Source: Diplonema japonicum (lineage: Eukaryota; Protista; Euglenozoa: Diplonemea). Taken from it: 64,000 bases of DNA. Under the pieces are notes generated by a model. That model was given only the letters and a program-made list of their open reading frames with translations. It was not told where the DNA came from and did no database searches. The translations under genes and the position numbers were made by a program. The stretch spans positions 310,001-374,000 of the forward strand of contig OZ025714.1 in NCBI GenBank assembly GCA_964019335.1. The letters are read 5' to 3'. Positions within the stretch are counted from its first letter, which is position 1. Each line of letters begins with the position of its first letter. Shown here in pieces: positions 34,585 to 45,104 of this stretch.

Positions 34585-35510
34585 GTACCTGCGGTATGTG
34601 GCAGGACGCCTGAAGAGTCTCAATCTATCTCTTGATCGAACCTTTCTGCTGTGGTGTGGCCTTCGGCCCCTCGTTCACCCTCCTCGGTACCTTAGGTATA
34701 AAACCCTCAACCGAGTTGGTAAGGACACAATAGTTGTACAGTTGTTTCTCTGGCGGGTCACCGGGGAGGCGAATACCGGTCTAGAGGAGTAGCCCCTTAC
34801 GGAGCTGTTGTAGTAACCCAACGTGCGTAGGGAGTGGACAGAAACTACTGACGCAGCTGGGATGAGGGGCGCTATGCCCTTACTGGTGTGGATGCGTTCT
34901 AGTGCCGTTATCACCCGGCCTATTACACGCGCGCTCACTTGGATGTCCTCACCCTCTTCACAAGGCGAGAGTCCCACCGTGGCAATGAAGTCTATGGCCA
35001 GCTCAAGCCTGGAGACCTGTCCACCTGTCGTGCCCCAGTGAAGGGCAGAGAGCCATCGGATGACGTGCGGGATGAGCCGTGGGAGGTACTGTTGCCTCAA
35101 ACCATTGTCGCAGTACCACCTCAGTGACCGTGGCTTGAGCAAACTCCCCTTCTCGAAAGGCCTGTTCCACAGGTGAACGCTGAAGTTCATCGTCTTTTTC
35201 CGTGCGAAGGTGAGTTGTAAGCTACCAGTGATCTCCGCCATCATCAGCTGCAACTCGGCAGTGTCCAGTCCGAGTCCCACTGTCGCGATGCCGTGCAGTT
35301 GCGTGCACCGGGGCCACCGGTTACGTTGTGTGCACAGCGCTGCCCGCGTCTCGGAAGCTGTCCTGATGTGCTAGTCCCAGAGGGTGTGCTCCAGGAGTCT
35401 CGCCGTGTGTTCCGAAATGTCGAAAGTAGCGTCGCAGCCCATGCATTTCGTCCGCCCCCCGACCGTGTCGTTGATGATCTTGGGGTGGAACGGGAAAACA
35501 GCCCCAGATC
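34585..35510 (-). mobile_element. Degenerate 3' portion of a non-LTR retrotransposon related to the 16.1-18.8 kb element
   Basis: VIRWLSALHW...LELAIDF...VHSLRTLG...GYSSRPVFAS aligns by eye with VLRWLKSLRW...MELAVDY...VHTLRHLG...GYDRRPLFSS. EHTLWD corresponds to EHALWEC. Terminal hairpin at 34588-34605. Confidence 0.75.
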
Positions 35511-35639
35511 AAAGCAATTTTTTTTTTAGAAATATACAGCACCAGTGTAGCTGTGCTCTTCCAAGTACAACTGCCCCATCGCCGGCTATCCCAAAAAACA
35601 AAAAAACAAAACAAAACAAAACAAAACAAAGCTCAATCT

Positions 35640-35830
35640 ATTTTTTTTGCGGTGCGCTGGTTGGTGCCCACCTTGGGTAGGATACACGTTTCTGTCACCA
35701 TTCTGCGGTTGCATCCTGGTGTCGGCTGTCGGGGTTCGCTTTTCAGCCATGACAACATCTGCGCTAAGGAGGGGAAGACTGGCATGTTTGCTGGAAAGCA
35801 AACTAAAACGGAATTAAATACAACGGTGGT
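35640..35830 (-). mobile_element. Short 3'-end fragment of the same retrotransposon family
   Basis: caaccgcagaatggtgac...ggtgggcaccaaccagcgcaccg plus an A-run matches caaccgcagaacggtgac...ggtgagcacccacccgcacaccg at 16106-16172. Confidence 0.7.
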
Positions 35831-36351
35831 TGAAACAACGAAACAAAAACCCGATTAAAGAGTTTAAATACATCGTCCATTCAATGGGATCTAAACCCTG
35901 GGCCTTTAAGTGGCGTGAGCTTAGCTTGGCCTGTGTTGTGTCCCTTTGGAAAGCGATGAACTTCAGAAGAGATCCAAAAAAAAGTTCCAACGTGTTATTT
36001 CATTCAAGAAACTTAGAGAAAAACAACATACACGGTAACATTTTTTACACCCAAGTCTGTCACGGTAATAACCCCATAACTTTTTCTTCCACTCAAATAA
36101 TTATTCTGTAAAAGTTTTCCATTCTCCACGGTAGCCTACTTTTATTTCACATGCATTTCATGTTAAAACCCCATGAAGCATAAAAATGTCAGAAAAAACG
36201 ACGGTGGAATAAAGCAATTTTGGTTTCCGTGTACGTTGTCTTTCTCAAAAAAATTATAAAAAAAAGCAACTTCGAGCGCTGCCAACGAATAGTCGACAGT
36301 ACGAACTTGAGTCAAAAACTGAATTAAAAAAAAAAGACCCAACATGCTTCA

Positions 36352-38490
36352 TCAGAACCAATACTTATCGCTTGGGCTGTTGTTTTTTTGCACAACTGAG
36401 ACTGTGTGGATGAAGTCGAATTCCGGTTCCACCTGCTGCAGATGCATCAGTTGCGTACCATCAACCAAATGACTGCCTTTATCCGTGATGTGTAGCCCCT
36501 CCACCTCATTAAGCGGAGGTGACAAATAATAACACATCACATCGTTGGCCACAGCATTGTTGCACTGCTTGCTGCTCTCTCCGACAACAGTTCCCAACAC
36601 TGTCATGAACTTCTGCCTGCTGTCCCCCACAGTCCCGTACATGATGCTGCCTGTTGCCATCCCGATGTTGTTTTCCGAATCGACCCTGGAGGTTCTCGTC
36701 CCCATCCAGAGCATCTTGACGAATGCCAGTGAGTTCTCCACATGTGTCGTGCAAGACTTTGGACCGTTCCAGCACACAGCCACCCTGTTCCCTTGAAGCG
36801 ACACAACTGCCCCATGTGACCTCTCAGTGCAAGTCAGCACCTTTGAAAGACTGTTATTCATAGTGCCCTCCGAGGAAGCAAAGTCTCCATGTCTAATTTC
36901 CACATGTCCGACAGTCGCCAAAGGAACGTACTGGAGTGAGCAATTAACCACACTGCTGGTGGTGCTGCAGGAACTAGGGGTCTTCTGACGGGGAGGAGAC
37001 TTCGAGGTCGAGGACCTTCTGCGGTGCTTCGCTTTCAGCTGGCGATCTATAAAAGACTTCCTCCCGAGAAGAGCTGGAGGCAACAGGATGGAAGGGTAGA
37101 CCGGGTCACACACACCCTTCACCTTCGTCTGTCCAACAGGAAGCACAACCACATCAATGTTCTCAACTGCCTCCAAAACCTCAAAAGTCACAGCAACAGC
37201 CCCTCCAACACAGACCCCTTCCATCCGAGCAGCAAGGTTCACAACGCTCCCAAAGTAGTCGAACCTCCCAGTCAGTGTGTTCAGTTGCACGTCCACCTTC
37301 CCACAGTGAACCCCAATACGGACACGCAGCCCGCACAACAGGTCCTCTTCTTGACTACAGATAATTGCTTCCAGCGACTCTGGCCACACACTTTCCTGAA
37401 GCCTCTCCTGAACAGACAAGCCAAAGTGCACAGCATCCACAGCACTCTCAAAGGCCACCATGAAGGCATCCCCGATGGTCTTCACCTCGTACCCATTGTA
37501 GTCCCTGATGCAGCATCGAATCACCCTGTTGTGAATATCCAGACCTTCCTTCATCCCCTCAGGACACAGCTCCCACGTCTCCGTCGAACTCTGTATGTCT
37601 GTGAACACAACTGTCACCTCCCCAGACTTCAGCCCAGGAATGGAGACATCTCTGGGTTGCTTGTCTGCATCGTTTTCCATGAACAACGTGTCAGGGAGGT
37701 AGGGTCGGTACTCCCGCAGGTTCGAGAGGATTTGTTCAAAGGCGTCGTAGAGAGGAGGAGGGAGTGAGACAGACTTGATGACACTCTCCGCAGACACGAG
37801 GTCGAAGCGGGAGAGGGACGCGGCGATGTCCTCAGTTGCCGCAATCACCTTGTTCATCTTCTTGTGTTCGTTGTGAAGCTTATTAGCGAAGCCGCGGGTG
37901 AAGTAGAAGTCGAGAAGGAGGATTGCAGACTCACCAAGAAAAATCAGCAAGCTTTGTAAAGGGGACACAGCACAAGGGAGGTTGGTGCAATCATAACGCT
38001 CACGGCGTTGTGCCTGAGGTGCGAGGAAGGAAAGGTCATACAGACCGAAGCGGTAGGTTGACTCTAAAGCAACGAGGAAAAGCCAGCATAATGTGGCTGC
38101 AACCAACGAAACGGCAACACGGCTGTCCAAATGACAGACGAGGCACATGTCAGTGAGGACAACAACAATGAACCATGACCTGTAACCTATGTAAGCTGCA
38201 GCGTGCACCAGGTCGGCCAGCAAAAGGCTTCCTGTTATGAAGACAACCCAAAAGATCATCACGGGCCGTCGCAATCTCTTCTCGATCAGAAGCTGCAGAA
38301 GGAATACAAACGATACCAAAGCGCTCAGAACCTTCCTCCACCACATCACTGCCACAATGTAGTTGAAGCTAGCTGCTGTAAAGCTAACCGTACAGACAGC
38401 CGTCGCCACCAACATCACCTTCTTACTGAATGCTGTTGTCGGGTCGTCAGATGGCAGCACCACTTTCGTGAAATGCAGCAAGCGCTCCAT
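36352..38490 (-). CDS. Multi-TM class III adenylate cyclase (tandem copy 2)
   Basis: Several N-terminal TM segments, then VFTDIQSST, YEVKTIGDAFM (ATP-specifying Lys), DYFGSVVNLAARME, and a degenerate second cyclase-like domain. Start at MERLLHF (38490). Confidence 0.9.
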   Translation of the reverse strand: MERLLHFTKVVLPSDDPTTAFSKKVMLVATAVCTVSFTAASFNYIVAVMWWRKVLSALVSFVFLLQLLIEKRLRRPVMIFWVVFITGSLLLADLVHAAAYIGYRSWFIVVVLTDMCLVCHLDSRVAVSLVAATLCWLFLVALESTYRFGLYDLSFLAPQAQRRERYDCTNLPCAVSPLQSLLIFLGESAILLLDFYFTRGFANKLHNEHKKMNKVIAATEDIAASLSRFDLVSAESVIKSVSLPPPLYDAFEQILSNLREYRPYLPDTLFMENDADKQPRDVSIPGLKSGEVTVVFTDIQSSTETWELCPEGMKEGLDIHNRVIRCCIRDYNGYEVKTIGDAFMVAFESAVDAVHFGLSVQERLQESVWPESLEAIICSQEEDLLCGLRVRIGVHCGKVDVQLNTLTGRFDYFGSVVNLAARMEGVCVGGAVAVTFEVLEAVENIDVVVLPVGQTKVKGVCDPVYPSILLPPALLGRKSFIDRQLKAKHRRRSSTSKSPPRQKTPSSCSTTSSVVNCSLQYVPLATVGHVEIRHGDFASSEGTMNNSLSKVLTCTERSHGAVVSLQGNRVAVCWNGPKSCTTHVENSLAFVKMLWMGTRTSRVDSENNIGMATGSIMYGTVGDSRQKFMTVLGTVVGESSKQCNNAVANDVMCYYLSPPLNEVEGLHITDKGSHLVDGTQLMHLQQVEPEFDFIHTVSVVQKNNSPSDKYWF

Positions 38491-38998
38491 TTCTTTTTTC
38501 TTTCTTAGCCCCACCTGAAACCCTGGTACTAATTGTCTGGCGACGAAAAACACAAGAAAATGGGTGATGCAATAATAACTGCGATTTTTGATTTTAGCGA
38601 GGGGGAAAAACACCCTAAAAGGTTGTGTTGATCTCACGTATCAAAGAATCGCAGGAGAAAAAGGTAACGAAGGGTAACACGGGGGGGGGGGGGGGGGGAG
38701 ACAGATAATGAAAGTAATGTGACTTGTTGGAAAACCAAGACTTGCATCTTACGTGGAACAGCTGCCACCCTTGTGACGCTTCACCCCTGAAAGCAGAAGA
38801 ATGACTTTGGTTTGCTTCATAAACTGCCTGGCGTACGAAGCAACTTCTTTTCCCGCTGAAAAAAAGCGGGTTTGCACTTCGTCTTCGGCCTTCAAGGCAT
38901 TGCTTATATAGATGGCTGTGATCAATCATGCGTAGTAAAGAAAAAACAGAATCTAAAGAAACCATTCAACTTGCTTCAGCAGAAACAAACAAATTAAA

Positions 38999-41128
38999 TC
39001 AATCAAACAAGTACTTTTCGCTTTGTTGCACAACTGAGGCTGTGTGGATGAAGTCGAATTCCGGTTCCACCTGCTGCAGATGCATCAGTTGCGTACCATC
39101 AACCAAATGACTGCCTTTATCCGTGATGTGTAGCCCCTCCACCTCATTAAGCGGAGGTGACAAATAATAACACATCACATCGTTGGCCACAGCATTGTTG
39201 CACTGCTTGCTGCTCTCTCCGACAACAGTTCCCAACACTGTCATGAACTTCTGCCTGCTGTCCCCCACAGTCCCGTACATGATGCTGCCTGTTGCCATCC
39301 CGATGTTGTTTTCCGAATCGACCCTGGAGGTTCTCGTCCCCATCCAGAGCATCTTGACGAATGCCAGTGAGTTCTCCACATGTGTCGTGCAAGACTTTGG
39401 ACCGTTCCAGCACACAGCCACCCTGTTCCCTTGAAGCGACACAACTGCCCCATGTGACCTCTCAGTGCAAGTCAGCACCTTTGAAAGACTGTTATTCATA
39501 GTGCCCTCCGAGGAAGCAAAGTCTCCATGTCTAATTTCCACATGTCCGACAGTCGCCAAAGGAACGTACTGGAGTGAGCAATTAACCACACTGCTGGTGG
39601 TGCTGCAGGAACTAGGGGTCTTCTGACGGGGAGGAGACTTCGAGGTCGAGGACCTTCTGCGGTGCTTCGCTTTCAGCTGGCGATCTATAAAAGACTTCCT
39701 CCCGAGAAGAGCTGGAGGCAACAGGATGGAAGGGTAGACCGGGTCACACACACCCTTCACCTTCGTCTGTCCAACAGGAAGCACAACCACATCAATGTTC
39801 TCAACTGCCTCCAAAACCTCAAAAGTCACAGCAACAGCCCCTCCAACACAGACCCCTTCCATCCGAGCAGCAAGGTTCACAACGCTCCCAAAGTAGTCGA
39901 ACCTCCCAGTCAGTGTGTTCAGTTGCACGTCCACCTTCCCACAGTGAACCCCAATACGGACACGCAGCCCGCACAACAGGTCCTCTTCTTGACTACAGAT
40001 AATTGCTTCCAGCGACTCTGGCCACACACTTTCCTGAAGCCTCTCCTGAACAGACAAGCCAAAGTGCACAGCATCCACAGCACTCTCAAAGGCCACCATG
40101 AAGGCATCCCCGATGGTCTTCACCTCGTACCCATTGTAGTCCCTGATGCAGCATCGAATCACCCTGTTGTGAATATCCAGACCTTCCTTCATCCCCTCAG
40201 GACACAGCTCCCACGTCTCCGTCGAACTCTGTATGTCTGTGAACACAACTGTCACCTCCCCAGACTTCAGCCCAGGAATGGAGACATCTCTGGGTTGCTT
40301 GTCTGCATCGTTTTCCATGAACAACGTGTCAGGGAGGTAGGGTCGGTACTCCCGCAGGTTCGAGAGGATTTGTTCAAAGGCGTCGTAGAGAGGAGGAGGG
40401 AGTGAGACAGACTTGATGACACTCTCCGCAGACACGAGGTCGAAGCGGGAGAGGGACGCGGCGATGTCCTCAGTTGCCGCAATCACCTTGTTCATCTTCT
40501 TGTGTTCGTTGTGAAGCTTATTAGCGAAGCCGTGGGTGAAGTAGAAGTCGAGAAGGAAGATAGAGGACTGACCAAAAAACATTTGAAAGCTACGGATAGG
40601 TTTCACGGGGCAGGGGAGGTTGGTGCAATCATAAATCTCACGGCGTTGTGCTTGAGTTGCGAGGAAGGAAAGGTCATACAGACCGAAGCGGTAGGTTGAC
40701 TCGAAGACGAGAACGAGAAGCCAAGCAAGCAACATAAAAACCATGGTGATGGCGACCCGGTTGCCCACACGACACACGAGACACATGTCTGTGAGGATGA
40801 TGATAAAGGGCCACGACCTGTGACTATTAGAGGCAGACACGTGAGACAGGTCCGACATGAGGAAACCAATTCCCATGATTGCTACCCAGATGAGCAACAC
40901 AGCATACCTCAGTCGCTTCTCGATAAAGAGTTGTAACAGGAAAGCAAGTGACACAACCACACACATCACCCTTCGCCACCACATGACTGTTCCACAGTTA
41001 GCCGTCAATGAGACTCCAAAAAAGACCACAGTTACCAGCATCGCCGTTGACATCACCTTCTTACCGAAAGCTGTTGTCGGGTCGTCAGATGGCAGCACCA
41101 CGCTTGTAAAATGCAGCAAGCGCTCCAT
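38999..41128 (-). CDS. Multi-TM class III adenylate cyclase (tandem copy 1)
   Basis: Same architecture as copy 2, with an apparently identical cytoplasmic part at an offset of 2638 bp. Confidence 0.9.
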   Translation of the reverse strand: MERLLHFTSVVLPSDDPTTAFGKKVMSTAMLVTVVFFGVSLTANCGTVMWWRRVMCVVVSLAFLLQLFIEKRLRYAVLLIWVAIMGIGFLMSDLSHVSASNSHRSWPFIIILTDMCLVCRVGNRVAITMVFMLLAWLLVLVFESTYRFGLYDLSFLATQAQRREIYDCTNLPCPVKPIRSFQMFFGQSSIFLLDFYFTHGFANKLHNEHKKMNKVIAATEDIAASLSRFDLVSAESVIKSVSLPPPLYDAFEQILSNLREYRPYLPDTLFMENDADKQPRDVSIPGLKSGEVTVVFTDIQSSTETWELCPEGMKEGLDIHNRVIRCCIRDYNGYEVKTIGDAFMVAFESAVDAVHFGLSVQERLQESVWPESLEAIICSQEEDLLCGLRVRIGVHCGKVDVQLNTLTGRFDYFGSVVNLAARMEGVCVGGAVAVTFEVLEAVENIDVVVLPVGQTKVKGVCDPVYPSILLPPALLGRKSFIDRQLKAKHRRRSSTSKSPPRQKTPSSCSTTSSVVNCSLQYVPLATVGHVEIRHGDFASSEGTMNNSLSKVLTCTERSHGAVVSLQGNRVAVCWNGPKSCTTHVENSLAFVKMLWMGTRTSRVDSENNIGMATGSIMYGTVGDSRQKFMTVLGTVVGESSKQCNNAVANDVMCYYLSPPLNEVEGLHITDKGSHLVDGTQLMHLQQVEPEFDFIHTASVVQQSEKYLFD

Positions 41129-41652
41129 CTTTTCTGCTGAAGGGGATACCGTGCTACAAAAATTTTAAAAAAAAAAAAAAGTAAAAATTAAGATTTTTTT
41201 TTGGGTCCCTTACTTATGCATTTTTGTAAGGGGCATTTCTTTTTTTTAATCAGATAGGGCAGGTCATGCTGAACATCGAGAAGAGTAGGCTTCTTCTAAA
41301 TTCATTTCTCGGTTTAGACCCTATTGGGGGATGAGGCCGCGAAAGGGTTGTGTTTCCCCCCCCCCCCCCTTTTTTGTTGAAAATAGTTCTTTCTTTCTTT
41401 CCCCCCTCAAAAAAAAAAGAAAACTTCCCCCGACGTGATAGCGAAAAAAAGGAGTAACATCTGGGGGGGGAGGGACAGTGTTTTGAAAAATTAAATTTAG
41501 CAGGTAGGGCTCTTCGGGGAGACTTGCCCTAAAACCTACTTTTGGCAAATTTTCAGAACACCGGTAGAGATGATTAGGTAGAAAAAGAAGGGGGGGGGGG
41601 GGGGGGGGGGGGGGGGTAGGGGGGGTCATATGGTCCTTAAAAAGGGCCACTT

Positions 41653-42034
41653 TTTGCCCTTTTTCAGGCTCTTCGCCAAGGGCATTTTGGGCCCTTAAAA
41701 AAACTGTAACCACCCCAAAAGTGCCCACAAATCACCAAACCCCCGTTTCCCGATGGTTTCCGGCCCCAGAAGTGCCCAGAATCATGTTCTAATTTTGGGG
41801 CCCCCGTTTGGTACTTTCCCTATGTAATCCTAGGGGCCCCTATTTTATGTTCCCTAGGATTACATAGGGAAAGTACCAAACGGGGGCCCCAAAATTAGAA
41901 CATGATTCTGGGCACTTCTGGGGCCGGAAACCATCGGGAAACGGGGGTTTGGTGATTTGTGGGCACTTTTGGGGTGGTTACAGTTTTTTTAAGGGCCCAA
42001 AATGCCCTTGGCGAAGAGCCTGAAAAAGGGCAAA
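41653..42034. repeat. Perfect inverted repeat (palindrome) with 183-bp arms and a 16-nt loop
   Basis: 41653-41835 is the reverse complement of 41852-42034. The outer gggggtcata / tatgaccccc also pair. Confidence 0.93.
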
Positions 42035-42057
42035 TAACGACCCCCTTATGACCCCCC

Positions 42058-42244
42058 CTAGGGCTATGCTGGCATGGAAACGCGTTTCCATGCATTTTTT
42101 GAAAAAAAGGGAAACGGAAACGGAAACGGAAACGTTTCCTTATGTTTCCTTAAGAAGGAAGCCGTTTCCATAAGAATTTTGAAAAGTATGGAAACGGAAA
42201 CGGAAACGGAAACGTTTCCACGTTTCCTGCCAGCATAGCCCTAG
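42058..42244. mobile_element. MITE-like element with 17-bp TIRs (CTAGGGCTATGCTGGCA) and internal (GGAAAC)n subterminal repeats
   Basis: ctagggctatgctggca at 42058 and tgccagcatagccctag at 42228-42244, with two ggaaacggaaacggaaacggaaacgtttcc blocks inside. Confidence 0.7.
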
Positions 42245-42810
42245 GGGGGGGGGGGGGGGAAGAAGGGATGAGAGGAAACAAAAAAAAAATACAAGGACAG
42301 ACAAGGAAGATATAAGGGTAATTTGTGATTGACGCGAACAATAAAAAAGAAGAAAAAAAATGTATTTGTAAAAAAAAGTGCCGGTTCTGCAGAACGCAAG
42401 GAAAAAAGTTACAGCAATAGAAGATGTTCCTCTTTAATGGGTGTTGGGTAAAAATGGGTAAAAAGAAAAAGAGAGCACCGTGACGTAGAGGTAGGTCAGC
42501 AGACATCACTCTCCCTATGAAAAAAAAGTTGCCAAAGAAGAAACAAAAAGGAACTTTTACTTTTTTATTTTATTTATTTTTTTTTTTTTTACTTTTTGTA
42601 TGTTTCCAAGGTTGTGTCCAAGCATGACAGGGGGGGGGGGGGGGGGGGCGGCGAAGTTAGTAACCCCCGGGCTGTTGGTTGCTTGGAGCAACACACCGGA
42701 AGAAAACATACATTTCTGCGTCATAACACACAAAAGAAAAAGAAGAAGAAAAGAAAAAAAGAGAAACAAAAAAAAACTTTTTGTATACCTTTGGGGAGGT
42801 AATAAAACAG

Positions 42811-42849
<39 letters not shown>

Positions 42850-43142
42850 AAAGAAAGAAAAATGTCGTTGAAGAAGAACAAAAATCTGTCACTCGAGTGA
42901 AATAAATAAATTTCACGAGAGGGCCCAAGACAAGAGAGTGACAGTTCATTCAGTGTCCCTTATAGGTAATGGACAAAGGCCCGTCAAATTTGAAAAGTCG
43001 GATCGGGGTGCTGTTCAGGAGCCAACACTGCACCTGAGACAGCGATTCTACCAATATCAACGTCAATCTAAGCAGCCCCAGTAAAATTTGTAACTTGTAA
43101 TACCCCCACGCTTTCAAATCTAATTACTATTTCTTCCAACAA

Positions 43143-44672
43143 TCACGACACGATCAGCGGCTGGTTCTCATCACCGTCATCCTCGCTGCCGCTCTCATCG
43201 TCCTTATCAACGTCCGAACCGGCTTCAATCCCCGTTGTTTGTACCGTGTTATCACGGGACCTCTCTTCCTCACCTTCGCGTTGGCTTTCCTCATCCCCTT
43301 CTATCTCAGATCGTTTCTTCGCTTGTTTGATCAAATCGTCCCAATCGCTGAACCAAATCGCCACCCACGAGAACAGAGAACTCACCGCGTAGCCAAGCGT
43401 GATCACAAACAAAATCCCGTTGATCCCGTAACCGAATTTGTAAACTGCAAGCGCGGAGAACGGTACGTTCAGGAACCACGACCCGGCAGCAGTGATACCA
43501 GCTCCTAAAGAAGGTCTTCCTTGGCCGTCGAGAACGAACAGCCCGACGACTCCTATACAAAGCATGGGTATCGCACATGCCATGAGCCAGCATGCTTGCC
43601 TCACGATATGGATGATGTCCTCATCATGGGTGAAGATTTTCCCAACGTGGTCTCTCATAAAATATATCAAGGCACCCGACAGTGTTGACACAAGTGCGAT
43701 GATACACGTCCCGTACTTTATCGTTTTGAAACAGGAGGTTAGATCCCCTGACCCTACGTGCTGCGCAACACGCATGTTTATGGCACTTCCAAATCCCATT
43801 GAGGCCATTACTAGTTGTATCCATATCATTCCTATGACGGACCATGCTGCAATGTCATCGCTTCCTAGATGTGCGGTGAAGACGGTAAGGAGTTGAAACT
43901 GGCCTTCTTCGATGAAAGATCCTATGGCGGTTGGGATGGAGAGTTTAAGGTATTCATTCATCCGAGATTTTTTGGTCGCTTCCTTCCACGAAAACCCAGG
44001 CCAATACCCAACATGGGCGTTTTTAAAGCTTGTGAAGAAGTTCAGCAGAATCAGTTGGATGATGATGGAGACGAGAAGTCCGATTGGTGCGCCGTCCAAA
44101 CCCATACCGTCCCATGACGTTCCGGGTAACCCACCCATGAACAGTAAATTAATCCCGATAGAAAATGCAAGGCCGATGACGGTAGCAGCGAGGGTTGCCT
44201 TTGTGATCCCAATCGACGCGTAGAATTGATCAGCTCCCATTGCAATGCCTTGCAGGTAATAAGCTGGAATTGCGATTCTTGCATAGCGTTGTGCGTCGCT
44301 TGATAAATTGTGCTTCATGCCGATTCCCTCTAATACGGTGTCTGTTAAAAACCACCATAATATGTATACAGGGATCACACCCACGGTGAAAACAATCATT
44401 CCAGTTTGAAGCCAGTAACCAGCTAGCATTTTGTTTCCGGAGCCGATAGCTTGTGAGCACACTGTGTTTAGGCATCCCAAGCTGCTCAGGGGAAAGCTCT
44501 GTGAGAGCATCATGAACGCTTCGGCCAGGCTTATCGCGGCCATCGCGTCTTTTCCTAAAAGGTGCCCGATGGTGGCTACTTGTATTACACCGTAGGCACC
44601 CTCTAAGAGACTTCCCAACGCCAAGGGCCACCCCAAGCTCCATAGGGCTTTGCATTCTTCATCTTTCCACCA

Positions 44673-44675
<3 letters not shown>
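43143..44675 (-). CDS. MATE-family multidrug/toxic compound extrusion transporter
   Basis: About 12 hydrophobic segments, IGHLLG...AAISLA, TVCSQAIGSGN, GMGLDGA, RVAQHVGSG, GQGRP, and an acidic tail ending in a dileucine-like ENQPLI. Confidence 0.92.
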
Positions 44676-44703
<28 letters not shown>

Positions 44704-45011
44704 GTGTAAAAAAACTGTTTGTTCTTTTTTTGGCTTCAAAAAGATCTTCGAGTCAGGTCGTCAGAGTTCGGTAAGGGTCTCACTACAAGACGGTAAAGAT
44801 GTCCTTGATGGACACCCTCCAAGTTGGCCTCAGGTTCTAGATTGCTTTGGGTATCACTATCAATTTAACAATGGTGTGAGAATTCCATTTGAATGCAGCT
44901 AACTATGAAAAATCAGCCAGATTTCACTTGTGAAGGGACACTTTTTTTTTAAAAGAGTGTCTATGTCCCCACCGCGTGAAATCAGGTAATCTGATTTTTC
45001 ACAAATTAAAA

Positions 45012-45104
45012 TACTGTAAAACAAAAAAACAAAAAAACAAAAAAAATGTCGGACGGACAAAAAAAACCCGGTATTTTTGTTTTTTTTTGTTTTGTTTTAC
45101 AGTA
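45012..45104. mobile_element. Micro-MITE-like element (TACTGTAAAACAAAA...TTTTGTTTTACAGTA)
   Basis: Terminal inverted repeat with the same termini as 12158-12248. Confidence 0.5.

Noticed and set aside
42110-42220. (GGAAAC)n as telomeric repeat
   Set aside because: There are only four units per block, they are internal and enclosed by TIRs, and they are not TTAGGG.
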